Shown: one piece after another, positions 47,868-58,856 of the stretch
Layout: every line of letters begins with the position of its first letter
How positions within the stretch are numbered: position 1 is the stretch's first letter
Source of the DNA: Corallochytrium limacisporum Hawaii
Taxonomy: Eukaryota; Protista; Pluriformea
NCBI GenBank assembly: GCA_002811645.1
Contig: PDIP01000257.1
Span: 1-64,000, forward strand
DNA: 64,000 nt
Direction of reading: 5' to 3'
The notes under the pieces: generated by a model
Told to the model about the DNA's origin: nothing
Databases searched by the model: none
The model's input: the letters and a program-made list of their open reading frames with translations, nothing else
Translations under genes and position numbers: made by a program

Positions 47868-49259
47868 TCAAATGCCAATGTGCTTCTCCATCACATCCTG
47901 GTCCATGGAAGGCCCCAAGGGCCACTGGGGATGGTACATGATGCGATGTGGCGAGCCCTCTCTGGCCCTGCCTTCCTTGTAGTGCTCCCCAGCTGTCCAG
48001 GCAATCATCATGGCATTGTCCGTACACAGCTGTGGAGAAGGGAACACTACGGGCACCTGATACCGTGCACCGAGAGCACTCATGGTCCCACGGACGGCTT
48101 TGTTCGAGGCCACGCCCCCGGCGACCATCAGACCGTTCGGATGCCAGCCCTTGTGGTCACGGAGGTAAAGTAAGGCCCGTTCCGTCTTCTTGCGAAGCTG
48201 ACGTGCCACCGCGGACTGTACAGAGGCCGCCAGGTCACGGTGCAGGTCGACTGGCAGTACAATGTGCTCCTCCGGATCTCGATTACCCCTCCTTTCCGAC
48301 ACTAGGTCACGCAGCACAAACTTTGCCTTGCTCTTCACTCCTGCAAAGGAAAAGGAACAGTCACGCTTCTTGGCATTACCGATGGGAATATCGAAGCGAT
48401 ACGGATCGGCGCCCGGCAGGCCGGCAAGCTGCTCGATGAAACGACCGTTCACTTGACCCAAGTTCGGCATCGACAGTGGATCTGTGTACCGTGCCATTTC
48501 CCGCGCAACCTTGTCTAAGCACTCCCCGGGGGCATCGTCCAGCGTCTCCCCCAGAACCGCGTAATGGCCCAGATTCTCTGCAGCAACCAGGAGAGAGTGG
48601 CCTCCTGAGATAAGCAATCCAAGAAAAGGGAACTGTAACCTTGTGGCCGGTGCAAAATGGGGCGCCGGCGTACTCTCTTCCATACGCGTAGCATTAATGG
48701 CGCTTGAGACATTGCTGTTGGCCATCTGGTCACCGTTATCTGGTTCTTCCGCCCCCCTTTGTAGATGTTTGGCTTCCAGCGCCTTCATCTGCTGTCTTTG
48801 CTGCATGACTGTCTGCCCATCGGTCAACTGTTCCATTCGTCCCGATAGAAGGTGGGCTTCCATATGGTTTACTGCTACCCAAGGAACACCCGGGATGCGA
48901 TTGTGGAGATCATTGAGAACCTGTACCCCGACGGCCAGACACGGTGCCAAGCCAGGGCCCGTGGTCACACCGTAGCAGGTCACATCCCGCAGATTGATGC
49001 CCGCCTGCTCCAGGGCTCCGTTGATGGCTGGTCCCACATTTTCCTTGTGTAACTTGCCCGCAATCGGAGGGTAGACGCCACCCAAGGCCTTGTGTTCTGT
49101 GGATTGGGTGATAAGTACATTGGAAATGACCTCCCCTGAATCGATGTCTACCACTGCCGCACCAGTATCATCGAACGTGCATTCAACTCCCAGAGCCAGG
49201 CGCCTCGAAGAGACCATGAATCGATGCCCACTGAATGCTCTGCGCACAATTGTAGCCAT
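47868..49259 (-). CDS. OSGEPL1: Mitochondrial tRNA N6-threonylcarbamoyltransferase (OSGEPL1/Qri7/TsaD)
   Basis: LGVECTFDDT, GGVYP, GPGL, HMEAH, LISGGHS, DDAPGE, FSFAG, AGGVASN, CTDNA. Arg/Ser-rich presequence. First ATG is at 49259. Confidence 0.93.
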   Translation of the reverse strand: MATIVRRAFSGHRFMVSSRRLALGVECTFDDTGAAVVDIDSGEVISNVLITQSTEHKALGGVYPPIAGKLHKENVGPAINGALEQAGINLRDVTCYGVTTGPGLAPCLAVGVQVLNDLHNRIPGVPWVAVNHMEAHLLSGRMEQLTDGQTVMQQRQQMKALEAKHLQRGAEEPDNGDQMANSNVSSAINATRMEESTPAPHFAPATRLQFPFLGLLISGGHSLLVAAENLGHYAVLGETLDDAPGECLDKVAREMARYTDPLSMPNLGQVNGRFIEQLAGLPGADPYRFDIPIGNAKKRDCSFSFAGVKSKAKFVLRDLVSERRGNRDPEEHIVLPVDLHRDLAASVQSAVARQLRKKTERALLYLRDHKGWHPNGLMVAGGVASNKAVRGTMSALGARYQVPVVFPSPQLCTDNAMMIAWTAGEHYKEGRAREGSPHRIMYHPQWPLGPSMDQDVMEKHIGI

Positions 49260-50400
49260 TCTGTGCACACTTATGACAGATCCTGGCTGACGAGAATATG
49301 GAGAATACTCTTCGTGGGAAACACAAGTGGGAAGTGGGAAAATACAACTTTGGCCAGTTACCCTGAACGGCGCACCTAAATTGATATTCCACCGCTGAAT
49401 CGAACTGTACTTTTTTCTTTATCTTCTAGAACGCACAGTTTTTGGCTACCATCGTGGACGTGATTATGCACAACAGCGATTGAAATACCCGCAGTGCCGT
49501 TGGGCGCCCCTGAGCTCTCAACATCCGCGTGGGTGGGGGGTACCCACTCTGTGCCCTGAGTACTGCCCAACAAACCGGGCAGCAGTAAGGTCCAGAAAGC
49601 AGAGGTGTTTCCGATTTGGGGCCTATTTTACGTGCCGAGGAGAAAGTGCCAAGGCCCCCCCCCCCCACCAAAGGTTCAAAGGAAGCCCAGGTGAAAGAGT
49701 TCGGATGGGGGCGGGTCCCCCGTGCAAGTCTCGGTCGCCAACCGAGGGGGTGGGCAATCGTGACGTTGAGCTTGGACAGACAAGGAGTGCAATGCAGTAC
49801 ATTCAGTACGCAAGCGAGATGGGAAAGGGCATGCGGCACAGTTTTAAATTCGGGGACAGGCGTTCATGTGTGCGCCCCAGGGCACCGGGCCCCAGGTTCA
49901 CCCAAATTCCCCAGTTGGCATAGCTACTTCAAGAGGAACCCGGTTTCGGAGCCCTATCCCTTTCGTCTTCGTGCCTATCGCTCGGCCAACTGATCAAGCG
50001 CCCGGAAAATTCTTGGGTCCCTAAACATATACAGGCCCCCCCTTTCAATCAGCTGTGGTCCATGGGCAGCCGGAGAGGGGCGGCAGAAAGATTCGCTCGG
50101 GCAATCTCGTAGATCTCCTCCTCGGGAGCCAATGTCGAGTAGGTTTGATGAGCGCAACTGCGGGATTCGAATCGTATCCATAGGCCGTCTTGAAGATCAT
50201 TTATGGTACTTTAATTATTGGATATTGTATGTTTAGAAGACAGACGTGGAATTTAAAGGCATTCATTTCTCTGCGTGTCTGCATGAACACGTGACGTTTT
50301 GCAACAGGTTCTGGACAAAGCAAAATGGACTAAAACATGCTTTGTATTCATACAATTACAAGGTATAACATTTAGTTAATAGTGCAGGAGGAACCATAGC

Positions 50401-51462
50401 ATGAGCTCCCGCTACCAGGGAGGTCCACTCCGAAAGAATGGCTTCGAAATGCCTTTGCATCCGCGGCAGGTTTTGTCATGGATTATTCTTGTCGCGTGCT
50501 TTGTCCTTATCCTGGGTGCACTATCCCCGACATTAAAGAACGCTGGTATGAAAACTTTGGCAATCTTCACAGAGGTATACCTTTCGATTTTCCTGGCCCT
50601 GCATGTCATTGTCAACTGTACTGCAACAATAATCGATCCTGCGGATCGGCACATCTATGTCAAAGAAGAGGAAGATATCGGATACAATGACAACGAAGCG
50701 ATTGCGGGCGATCGTGCAGTGGAAGAAGGCGAATTGGGCGAAAATCAGCGTGACTTGACCGTGATGTGCCAATGGTGCCGCAAAATGGTCGAAAAGAAAT
50801 CCAAGCACTGCAGAACCTGCAACAAGTGTGTTGCTTCGTTTGATCACCATTGCATGTGGCTGAACAATTGTGTAGGAGAGCACAACTACACATATTTTGT
50901 CGGCACGCTAGCTACCGCGTTTGTGTTAGCAGGATATGCTTCAGGCCTGTCTCTGTACGTTTTGATCGAGGTTGCGCGGGATGCGAATGCATTCTTAGAT
51001 GAGAGTACGGGGGTCCAGTGCACTTACTTCGGATCGGACCAGACAAGCGATTGTGACCGGGGGCTCTTGGCCATGGCGGCCGTAGTGGCGGTGCTATCGA
51101 CGGTGGGAACTCTGTCAATGGCACAGTTGGGCATGTTCCACATTTACATTAGCTATCGGGGGATCACTACGTACGATTACATCCTCGAAGGTCGGGCGGC
51201 AGATCAGCGGAAACAAGACGAGAGACTTGCCAAGGAACAAGCTAAAGCGAAGGCCGTACTGGCTAGGGAGAGCCCCAGTGAACAAAACAAGACAGTGCCT
51301 ACGGATTCTGTGGCATCGAATGGACAGGCAGTTATCAACGTTAAGAAGGCCTGGGATGAGAGTGATAACAATCCCATTCTGGAACCCGCATCGGGGGTGT
51401 TGGAGAATGACAGCAAGCCTCCCACTTCTGGCCCTCGTGACTCACACCCATTCGGTGCGTAG
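50401..51462 (+). CDS. DHHC palmitoyltransferase (ZDHHC1/11-like)
   Basis: RKNGF..PLHP N-terminus, KHCRTCNKCVASFDHHCMWLNNCVG, TTYDY, four TMs. Confidence 0.93.
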   Translation: MSSRYQGGPLRKNGFEMPLHPRQVLSWIILVACFVLILGALSPTLKNAGMKTLAIFTEVYLSIFLALHVIVNCTATIIDPADRHIYVKEEEDIGYNDNEAIAGDRAVEEGELGENQRDLTVMCQWCRKMVEKKSKHCRTCNKCVASFDHHCMWLNNCVGEHNYTYFVGTLATAFVLAGYASGLSLYVLIEVARDANAFLDESTGVQCTYFGSDQTSDCDRGLLAMAAVVAVLSTVGTLSMAQLGMFHIYISYRGITTYDYILEGRAADQRKQDERLAKEQAKAKAVLARESPSEQNKTVPTDSVASNGQAVINVKKAWDESDNNPILEPASGVLENDSKPPTSGPRDSHPFGA

Positions 51463-52205
51463 CTCAATGATTTACAGGGTCCCACAACCACCAAATCTCC
51501 TGTACATTACAAACGACCTCTTACTGCATGCATGTACAAAGTAAAAAACTAGGCATTCATTAGAACAGCATTGCACCAAATCAAATCATTCTTTCGTTGG
51601 TACTCAGCTGCCCCAGCAACATAATCAGATTTCCTTATTCCCAACCCAGAGCGACCGAGGCTGGGAAGCAAGCAAAAATTAGACTCCGCTTTTCCCAAAC
51701 TTCGGAGATGTCCACCGGGGCTGGACCGGTAATTTACCGGGTCGGCGTATTAAGACCTTGCCCATCTGCGCACTTGGGGATAGCCAGGGGGGCCGGGGGG
51801 GGGGGGGACCATTGTTGATGAGAAGAAAAAGGGGGGAACGAACGCACGGATGCGAAAGCGAAAGAATTTTCGGTGAGTGTGCCGGTGACCGAAAAAGGGA
51901 CCTCGCACGACGGTACACTTTTGGAGGACGATCGGACAGCCTTTGGTGCGGCCGTAGAATGACAGTCGCGGCGCAGGCGAATGCTCTCTGCCCCGAATAT
52001 GGTTTAGGATTCTATGCTCTAGTGTTGTAGAGCGAGCTACTTACAGTTGACTGGGATCAAGTCTTTCTGGACACGAAATTGATTTCATTGTAGGAGGTCG
52101 GGTTAGGTTGTGGTTTCGTAGATCGGACCCTGGAAAGTACAATCATGGTTGTACCATGAGTTTAGTTATTACAATTTCGAGAATTCAATGTAAGCTATCG
52201 CAAAA

Positions 52206-54215
52206 ATGTTTAAGCGCATGCCGAACCGATTGCTGACGGTGGTCCAGCTGATAGCAATTCTTTGTCTCGCCTACGTCGTCCTCTTCGAATGGTTTCATCA
52301 GAGTACGGGATATCAAGTCCGTGGGCGTGCCTTTGAATTGCACGCTACTTATCGCAAAGCCAATCCAAATGAGTTTGTGGTCACCCTGGCCACAGAATAT
52401 TCTGCGGTCGTCACAATCCGAGCCATGGAGAAGCACACTGGGGGAATAATCGAAACCAATGAGATCACGAGTCCTCGTGACACACACAAGGCGTTCGCGA
52501 TCAGCAACTTCGAGGACATCAAGCAGGTTGATCTGTATTTCACAGTGTCCAATCCTGGTGTAACGCTTTATTTCGATATTTACCGTGGTAGCAACATGCT
52601 TACTCACTACGCAGCAACGGTTCTCGCAGATCACGCCAAGTATCACATTGCATGGAACGACGACTTTGGAGACTGGGAAGTACACTTCTTTGACGACGAC
52701 CACCTGCTGCAGAACCACGCTGTCAGGCCAGAATCTGTGCTACCATTCAATCAGTTCTCACAGCAATGTTATAACGCCGGCTTTAATCCGCTCTGGCGGA
52801 TACGAACGCTCGATGACCCAAAGCAACGCTACATGATTTACACGTGCAAAGGCGGGCTGAGCAACAACCTCAGTGTCTTAGCTACCGCATTACTGGAGGC
52901 GTCGTGTTTAGGCAGGGTCTTGGTGATCATGCCCATGTGCAACAGCCACATCCATACATCTTTCGATGGCGGCGTGTTTGGTTACAGAGAGCTTGGTCCC
53001 ATCCGTACGGTCCGCGAACCGTCGTCGCTCCGAGGTCGCTACGAGGAACGCGATGTCCAATTCGGCCTGACCCCGTGGCCCGTGAGCGTGGAGATTTCAG
53101 ATCAGGCAAATCCACATAATGTCTGGCACAACTGGCCTAGTGCGTCACTGCAGGTGCTGCCGCCGCGTTTCCGGAAGCCCGTGCCAGTGCGGTGGACAGA
53201 TTACTTTGATTTGGCGGATAAGGAGGAGATGCCTGTGACCATAGACTTTGTCGATTTTGTCAATGCTAACCGCGATTTCGATGGCCAAGTGATGTCGTGT
53301 TTGTACCATGAGAATCTCACCCGACTGAAACTCTCTAACTTTGTTGCTGATCATTGGAACGATAGTGTCATGTGCTTCATGGCCCCCTTCTTGCGCGAAT
53401 TGAGCGGTAAGCTGAGCAACATACAAATGAACGAGCGCAGTCTAAACGGATGCAGCGCCGGTATGTCCTATATGACGCGACGGATGTCGATTGTCTCTCG
53501 TGGTAAGCTGCCTAAAGTCCCGAAGGGCATGAAATCTATGGTCAAGGAAATTGAAGATATTGTCGAGGACGACGGCACTGACCCCGTGCACACTCTACAG
53601 ACCTTGGGACGAGGCGTAGTCAGCGTGCGCTGGCGTCAGGGTGACTTTGAGGGCTACTGTCAGAGCACAGTCCAGGAATCTAAGGATCTCGAACGGTGTG
53701 CCTGGAGCAAGGATTATCTCATCCAACGTCTTACCGACTTCATGGTTGAGCACAAGAACAGGTACCACACGATCATCATTGTATCGGAGACCACCCTCGA
53801 CAAAAATTGGCTACATGATGTAAATGTTCGGATCCGCAAGCTGATCGGAAACCACGCCTTAGTCGTATCATTGCCAGCCGTTCGGCAAGCTCTCGGGAAA
53901 GTGCGCTTGGAGGGTACGTTCAGACTGCTTTCCTTGGCAGACATGACCATGTTTGAAAACCCGGATGAAGTGAAACAGCGCGAACAGGAAACACGCATTG
54001 CATGGCAGGATCGCCTGCTTCACGGTAAGGACGGTGAGGACGCCCGGGGCCTGGTTAACTACTTCGAACAGGTCCAGCAATGGGATGAAATTTTTGAGGA
54101 CATTTGTCTGAGTGTGACATCAGAGGTTCACATTGGTAATCAATGGTCGAGCTTTGATGAGTTCCTAATTTCCGGACTGCGACGAGCAATCGGGAAAGAA
54201 ACTAATCGATTGTAA
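52206..54215 (+). CDS. Type II membrane O-fucosyltransferase-like glycosyltransferase
   Basis: N-terminal TM. GGLSNNL, VRWRQGDF and HIGNQWSSF resemble the GDP-fucose-binding motifs of POFUT-type enzymes. Confidence 0.65.
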   Translation: MFKRMPNRLLTVVQLIAILCLAYVVLFEWFHQSTGYQVRGRAFELHATYRKANPNEFVVTLATEYSAVVTIRAMEKHTGGIIETNEITSPRDTHKAFAISNFEDIKQVDLYFTVSNPGVTLYFDIYRGSNMLTHYAATVLADHAKYHIAWNDDFGDWEVHFFDDDHLLQNHAVRPESVLPFNQFSQQCYNAGFNPLWRIRTLDDPKQRYMIYTCKGGLSNNLSVLATALLEASCLGRVLVIMPMCNSHIHTSFDGGVFGYRELGPIRTVREPSSLRGRYEERDVQFGLTPWPVSVEISDQANPHNVWHNWPSASLQVLPPRFRKPVPVRWTDYFDLADKEEMPVTIDFVDFVNANRDFDGQVMSCLYHENLTRLKLSNFVADHWNDSVMCFMAPFLRELSGKLSNIQMNERSLNGCSAGMSYMTRRMSIVSRGKLPKVPKGMKSMVKEIEDIVEDDGTDPVHTLQTLGRGVVSVRWRQGDFEGYCQSTVQESKDLERCAWSKDYLIQRLTDFMVEHKNRYHTIIIVSETTLDKNWLHDVNVRIRKLIGNHALVVSLPAVRQALGKVRLEGTFRLLSLADMTMFENPDEVKQREQETRIAWQDRLLHGKDGEDARGLVNYFEQVQQWDEIFEDICLSVTSEVHIGNQWSSFDEFLISGLRRAIGKETNRL

Positions 54216-54311
54216 ACTAGTTGTCCGAAATCAATGCCAAATTGATAGCTCTGAATTTGTTTCCATATACTGTAATAGTGTTACCTTTGTTGCGTTTTTC
54301 TTTTTATTGGT

Positions 54312-56120
54312 TTAATACTCCTCGTGTAGTTCATCACCTCCTATGACGCCTTGAACGGCACCGTCAGTGGTGTTACCGTTGTGTTCATGTAAATGGTAGT
54401 ATGATGAATGTCCCTGGACCACTTCAGTTACGGAATTGGTCTTAAACATCGCGGCCAGTTCGTCAGCAGGTTCGTCCTTCCATGAACTATTATGCAGCAG
54501 ACCCGAGGCCAGCAGCATGGCATGTCCCCGCGAAATTTGCTGTGTGGATGGTGCTTCATTGCCAAAGCTGACGCGATGCCCGCTCGGACTCGGGCTGCGT
54601 GAAAGGGCCGAACGGAAAGTCGACGGTGCAGTATTATTCATGTCCGGGGACAGCGCACCACCTCGAGATGGCGACCTGAGGACGCCAGGTGGTAGAGATG
54701 TGTTTAGTACTGAGGCGCTTGCCGTCTGATGGTGAATGGGTAGTGCCTTCGGGGGAGAGGCAGGCCGCGGCACTGCCGCTGGCTCCGGTGCAGAGTGGTT
54801 CGTCGACTGCGATTGATTGAAGCGGCCACCTCCACCGTAGAGTGAGGCCATCGTCGTCTGCACATCCGTGTCCGCCCAACCGTGTCCGCTTGTCTCTGCG
54901 CGCATAAACAACTGAAGCTTGGTGCGAATCTCTCCGACATACTTGTCATTGGCCTCCTGCATAGCCTTGATCTCATTCGCCTGAAATTGTACCATGTCGC
55001 GGAGTTCTTCGATGGTCTCTTGTTGGCTGTCACTCGTTTCCTGTAGCAAAGCGATGGTACGCTCTTTCTCTTTGACTAACTCATCTGACTCAAGTGCTTT
55101 GACGGTCATAATTTCACGATCACGTACCTTCTCCTCTAGTTTGTTGCGCAAAGATTCTATCCTACTCTCTAAGGTCCTGATGTGATCAACTAGCTCCTCG
55201 TTTTCTCGTCGATGCCGAAAAATGTCGTCTTCCAACTTTGCCTTGGTATCCAGTGATTGCTCTGCCGCAATTAGTCGGTCCTGCATCTCCGTTAGAGACT
55301 TCATCGCGCGCGAAAGATGGGCCTGTGCTTCCTCATAGCGTGCGTGCAGCTTATCGTACTGTTCTCGCAGTTTCGTGTTCCGCTCCGTGAGTTTATCATT
55401 CTCCTTGCCAGTTTGGTTGGCGAGTTCCTGCATACCCAGGGCTTCTTTCCTCTTGTTTCCAGCCGCTAGCCGCAGTTTCGACTCCCGCGACCTCATTTCC
55501 GAGAGAAGGGATACGCATTGCTCTAGTTCGGCCTCTTTCTTGTTGTATGCCCTTCGCAACTCTCCTAATTTCTGTTCCATAGAGTGCGTAGTGGTCTTGG
55601 AAGAACGGAGAGTCCCCTGTGCCGCAGCATTGGTTCGCTGCAATTTCGCCAGCTCTGTCTGTAGCTGAGTCTCCCGCTCATGCAGAGTTGTATTTTCAGC
55701 AACGAGCTTCATGTTTGACCGGTGCAGCACGTCGCGTTGCTGCGTAATTTCTTCGAGTTGGATAGTGAGTCTCATGGTATCCATATGCATTTGGTCCTGC
55801 TCCGCTAAGGACCGGGCTGTCGCAGACAGAAACCCGTACCCGGCATGTGGATGTGAGGACTCGGTTATGTTGAAGCCTGTAGAGTTCGGCGACAGATTTT
55901 CATCAACCGCGGTTGGTCCTGTATCATCCAGCTTCCGCTGTGGCGAAGGTGACTGGCTGCCGGCTGAACTGTTAAGGAGTGACTCCAGAGTCCGCGGTTG
56001 AAGTCCTTCGTCACCCATGGAGCTGTCATTAAGAATGTTGTCGCTCATATTGAGGCCGACTTCACCAAGTAATCGACTAAGGTAAGTGTGCTTGCCACTG
56101 TTCCCGGTGGTATTGACCAT
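54312..56120 (-). CDS. Long coiled-coil protein of unknown function
   Basis: 602-aa ORF with ~300 aa of E/K/R/L/Q heptads between S/P-rich disordered ends. Confidence 0.8.
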   Translation of the reverse strand: MVNTTGNSGKHTYLSRLLGEVGLNMSDNILNDSSMGDEGLQPRTLESLLNSSAGSQSPSPQRKLDDTGPTAVDENLSPNSTGFNITESSHPHAGYGFLSATARSLAEQDQMHMDTMRLTIQLEEITQQRDVLHRSNMKLVAENTTLHERETQLQTELAKLQRTNAAAQGTLRSSKTTTHSMEQKLGELRRAYNKKEAELEQCVSLLSEMRSRESKLRLAAGNKRKEALGMQELANQTGKENDKLTERNTKLREQYDKLHARYEEAQAHLSRAMKSLTEMQDRLIAAEQSLDTKAKLEDDIFRHRRENEELVDHIRTLESRIESLRNKLEEKVRDREIMTVKALESDELVKEKERTIALLQETSDSQQETIEELRDMVQFQANEIKAMQEANDKYVGEIRTKLQLFMRAETSGHGWADTDVQTTMASLYGGGGRFNQSQSTNHSAPEPAAVPRPASPPKALPIHHQTASASVLNTSLPPGVLRSPSRGGALSPDMNNTAPSTFRSALSRSPSPSGHRVSFGNEAPSTQQISRGHAMLLASGLLHNSSWKDEPADELAAMFKTNSVTEVVQGHSSYYHLHEHNGNTTDGAVQGVIGGDELHEEY

Positions 56121-56811
56121 ACCCTACCCTCGTCAAAGATCCTAACCACACTCTGATGATGGTAATAATGGCGTCGTGGCGGCAGCCATGGTCCAAACCC
56201 CGACCCAAGCCGAATAGTTGATCCCTTCACCGTCGTTTCCCGCCTGTCTAGGAGTCACTGGCCTTGTTCAACTCCTGAATGGGTTGCCCAATTGAACGAA
56301 CATACAAGCTTTGCATAGTATTGAACACCTGTGTTTCTCTGCAATCAAATACCCTGACATGGTTGAATCAACACTGGAAGACACGGGAAGAGAGTGAGCG
56401 TCGGATCCGCTTTGCGACCCACCCATCGCCCTCGCTCCCCCCTCCCGCTTCTGCCTGCGCTGCCGGGGCCTTTAAAAGCAGGCAGCGGTCCCTACTTTTC
56501 CCGCCGAATCTTCTCCTTTTGGGAGGGGCCCAATTCTTGAGGAGAAACCCCATGGAAGGCTGAACGGTTTTGGTTGTTGGGGCCAAAATTAGGCCCCTAA
56601 TTTGTTTTGTTCGTTTCCAGACTGTGGATACCAACTATCGTAGTCGATCACAGACACATTCGTGGGGCTCTATTGATATTGGTTCTGGATTTACTCTCTT
56701 GCTTCACTCCTTCCTATTTCAATTTCCATCTAAATTGCATGACATGGCACTGTTTTATCATTTCATTACAGATCAAGGGAATGGGCGTATAATGTACTAA
56801 TATGTGGTTCG

Positions 56812-57777
56812 ATGCTGCGCACCTTGATATCCCGCAATGGGCTAAGCGCAATAAACGTATCGTGCGGTAAGATAGCGCTGCTGCACGCTGCAGTGGCCAC
56901 GACAAGTATGAAATTAATTGACTGTCATTGTCATCTGAGCGACGATCATTTCACAGATGCGGTACTGGCAAAGAATATTTCTGAAGCAACCAATGCTTCT
57001 GTGCGGATCAACATTGGTGTCTCGGAGAACATAGAGACTGCAGAGAAACTATTAAGGGTAGTGAAGGACCATGATTCACGCGTACGGATCTGTCTCGGAC
57101 TGCACCCAGTCCAAGCCGACAGGAATGAAGACCCCGAGGCTGAATTTGACACAATCGAGAGATCTGCAACTGTGGAGGAGGTAGACGAAATGATCAAGTT
57201 CATTAAAGACCACGCCAATAGTCTGGGAGAACGGCTGGTTGGGATCGGAGAGGCTGGTCTCGACTTCCAACCTCGCATAGCTGGCACCACGGACAAGAAG
57301 GACCAGCAGCGCGAGGTGCTACGGAAGCAGGCGACCTTGGCCAAAGAACTGGGACTGCCCCTTAATCTTCACAGCCGATCTGCTGGTGGGCCGACGATCC
57401 AACTACTGATTGAGGAAGGGTTCAACCAGCCTGACGCACCAAGGGTACTGTTGCACGCTTTTGATGGTGGCAAGAAGGCTGTCAAGCAAGGTGTGGCTGC
57501 AGGCTTTTACTTTAGCATCCCTCCATCCGTGCTAAGAGAAGGAAGATCTGTGGACAACCACTCCGTTCTTGCTCACTGTCCAATCGAACAACTCTGCCTC
57601 GAGACGGACGCGCCAGCGCTCGGACCTGAACCCGGTCTTCCGAACGAACTGAAGAATCTGAGGCATTTTAGCCTCAAGGCAGTGAGCCTCCGGCACAAGA
57701 TTCCCGAGGAGGACGTCGCAGAAATTCTGCTGGAAAACACCCTCACAGTCTTTCCACGGTTGCGTTCGGCATTGTAA
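56812..57777 (+). CDS. TATDN3: TatD-family DNase, TATDN3 subfamily (conserved start 56908)
   Basis: IDCHCHL, CLGLHPVQ, GIGEAGLDF, LNLHSRSAG, LLHAFDG, FSIPPS, LETDAPALGP. Confidence 0.92.
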   Translation: MLRTLISRNGLSAINVSCGKIALLHAAVATTSMKLIDCHCHLSDDHFTDAVLAKNISEATNASVRINIGVSENIETAEKLLRVVKDHDSRVRICLGLHPVQADRNEDPEAEFDTIERSATVEEVDEMIKFIKDHANSLGERLVGIGEAGLDFQPRIAGTTDKKDQQREVLRKQATLAKELGLPLNLHSRSAGGPTIQLLIEEGFNQPDAPRVLLHAFDGGKKAVKQGVAAGFYFSIPPSVLREGRSVDNHSVLAHCPIEQLCLETDAPALGPEPGLPNELKNLRHFSLKAVSLRHKIPEEDVAEILLENTLTVFPRLRSAL

Positions 57778-57891
57778 TTTTGTTCCTTGACCCACAATAG
57801 CAAAGCATGATTAAAGAAAATGTCAAACATTGCTCACTCTAAATAGAGATTTCTCACTACTATCTACATTTGGCTTTTGAAAATAATTTCT

Positions 57892-58137
57892 TCACTTCTG
57901 TTCCTGAAGCTGTGCTCGGAGCTGTGTTGCAAAGTCATCGTCCATGGTGTCGTCTTCCCAGTCGTCCTCCCACAGTTTCTTATCCTCATCATCTTCTTCG
58001 TTCTCGTTCCATTCTTCTGCTGGGAACTCCTCAAACTCATCATCCTCCTCAAGCAATTCCTTCGGGGGCTCCTCCTTATCGGTGGCGGGTTGTGCCTTGG
58101 CCACTTCAGCCGCTGATGCGTCTCCTACATTTGACAT
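57892..58137 (-). CDS. SEM1: 26S proteasome/TREX-2 subunit SEM1/DSS1
   Basis: [34 protein letters not shown]. Confidence 0.95.
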   Translation of the reverse strand: MSNVGDASAAEVAKAQPATDKEEPPKELLEEDDEFEEFPAEEWNENEEDDEDKKLWEDDWEDDTMDDDFATQLRAQLQEQK

Positions 58138-58856
58138 TGTGCAATGTGTTACGATTTTCTCTCAGAAACAGTATCATTTGGGGACATCCTGCCTAAGCAT
58201 TAGTGATATCTAGGATCCTTAATAGCAGAAACTCTTTCCTACGCTGCACTAGATCCGATAAAGCGTCAAGCATTATTGTAATGAAGACTTAGAAAACAAA
58301 GGCGAGGCCAGTGTCCTGCTTTAATTGTTCCGGACCGTTCGGACCGAGGGCTCCGAAAGCGCCATCTGGGAGCACAGCACCGCTGAGGAACCGAGGAGGC
58401 CTCAAGAGAAAACAGCCAAAACAGAGCCGGATCCGGGGCCTATTTTGGAACTTTGAATCTTTGGGCGGGAAGCGAAAGAGTCTGGCACGCAGTGATACCC
58501 CGCGGAAAGGGGGGGGGATCCGGGGCAAAACGCTACCCCTCCGTTGTCCGCCTAAGACCTCGGGGTATCCAGCGCAATAGAAATTTTTTTCTAACGGTTG
58601 ATGAAGTCATTTTACGGTTGCTTACTCTGTCAACTCGTCGATGCGTTGGCAGGTCGTTTTTCGGCGCAATAGTCTTTTGGTGTGCTGTCAGTCATCTTTC
58701 ATTGATGATGTGATGCCTGGTCTCGTATGGTAGAAGAATTGCCTACGTATGCATCTCCTACCGTATCTAGACGGGTTCCATGAGTTGCTCTGGGTGCACA
58801 CAATAAAGAAGCTCATACAGGAAAAAACCCACAGGGCACACGCACATCCAATAACT

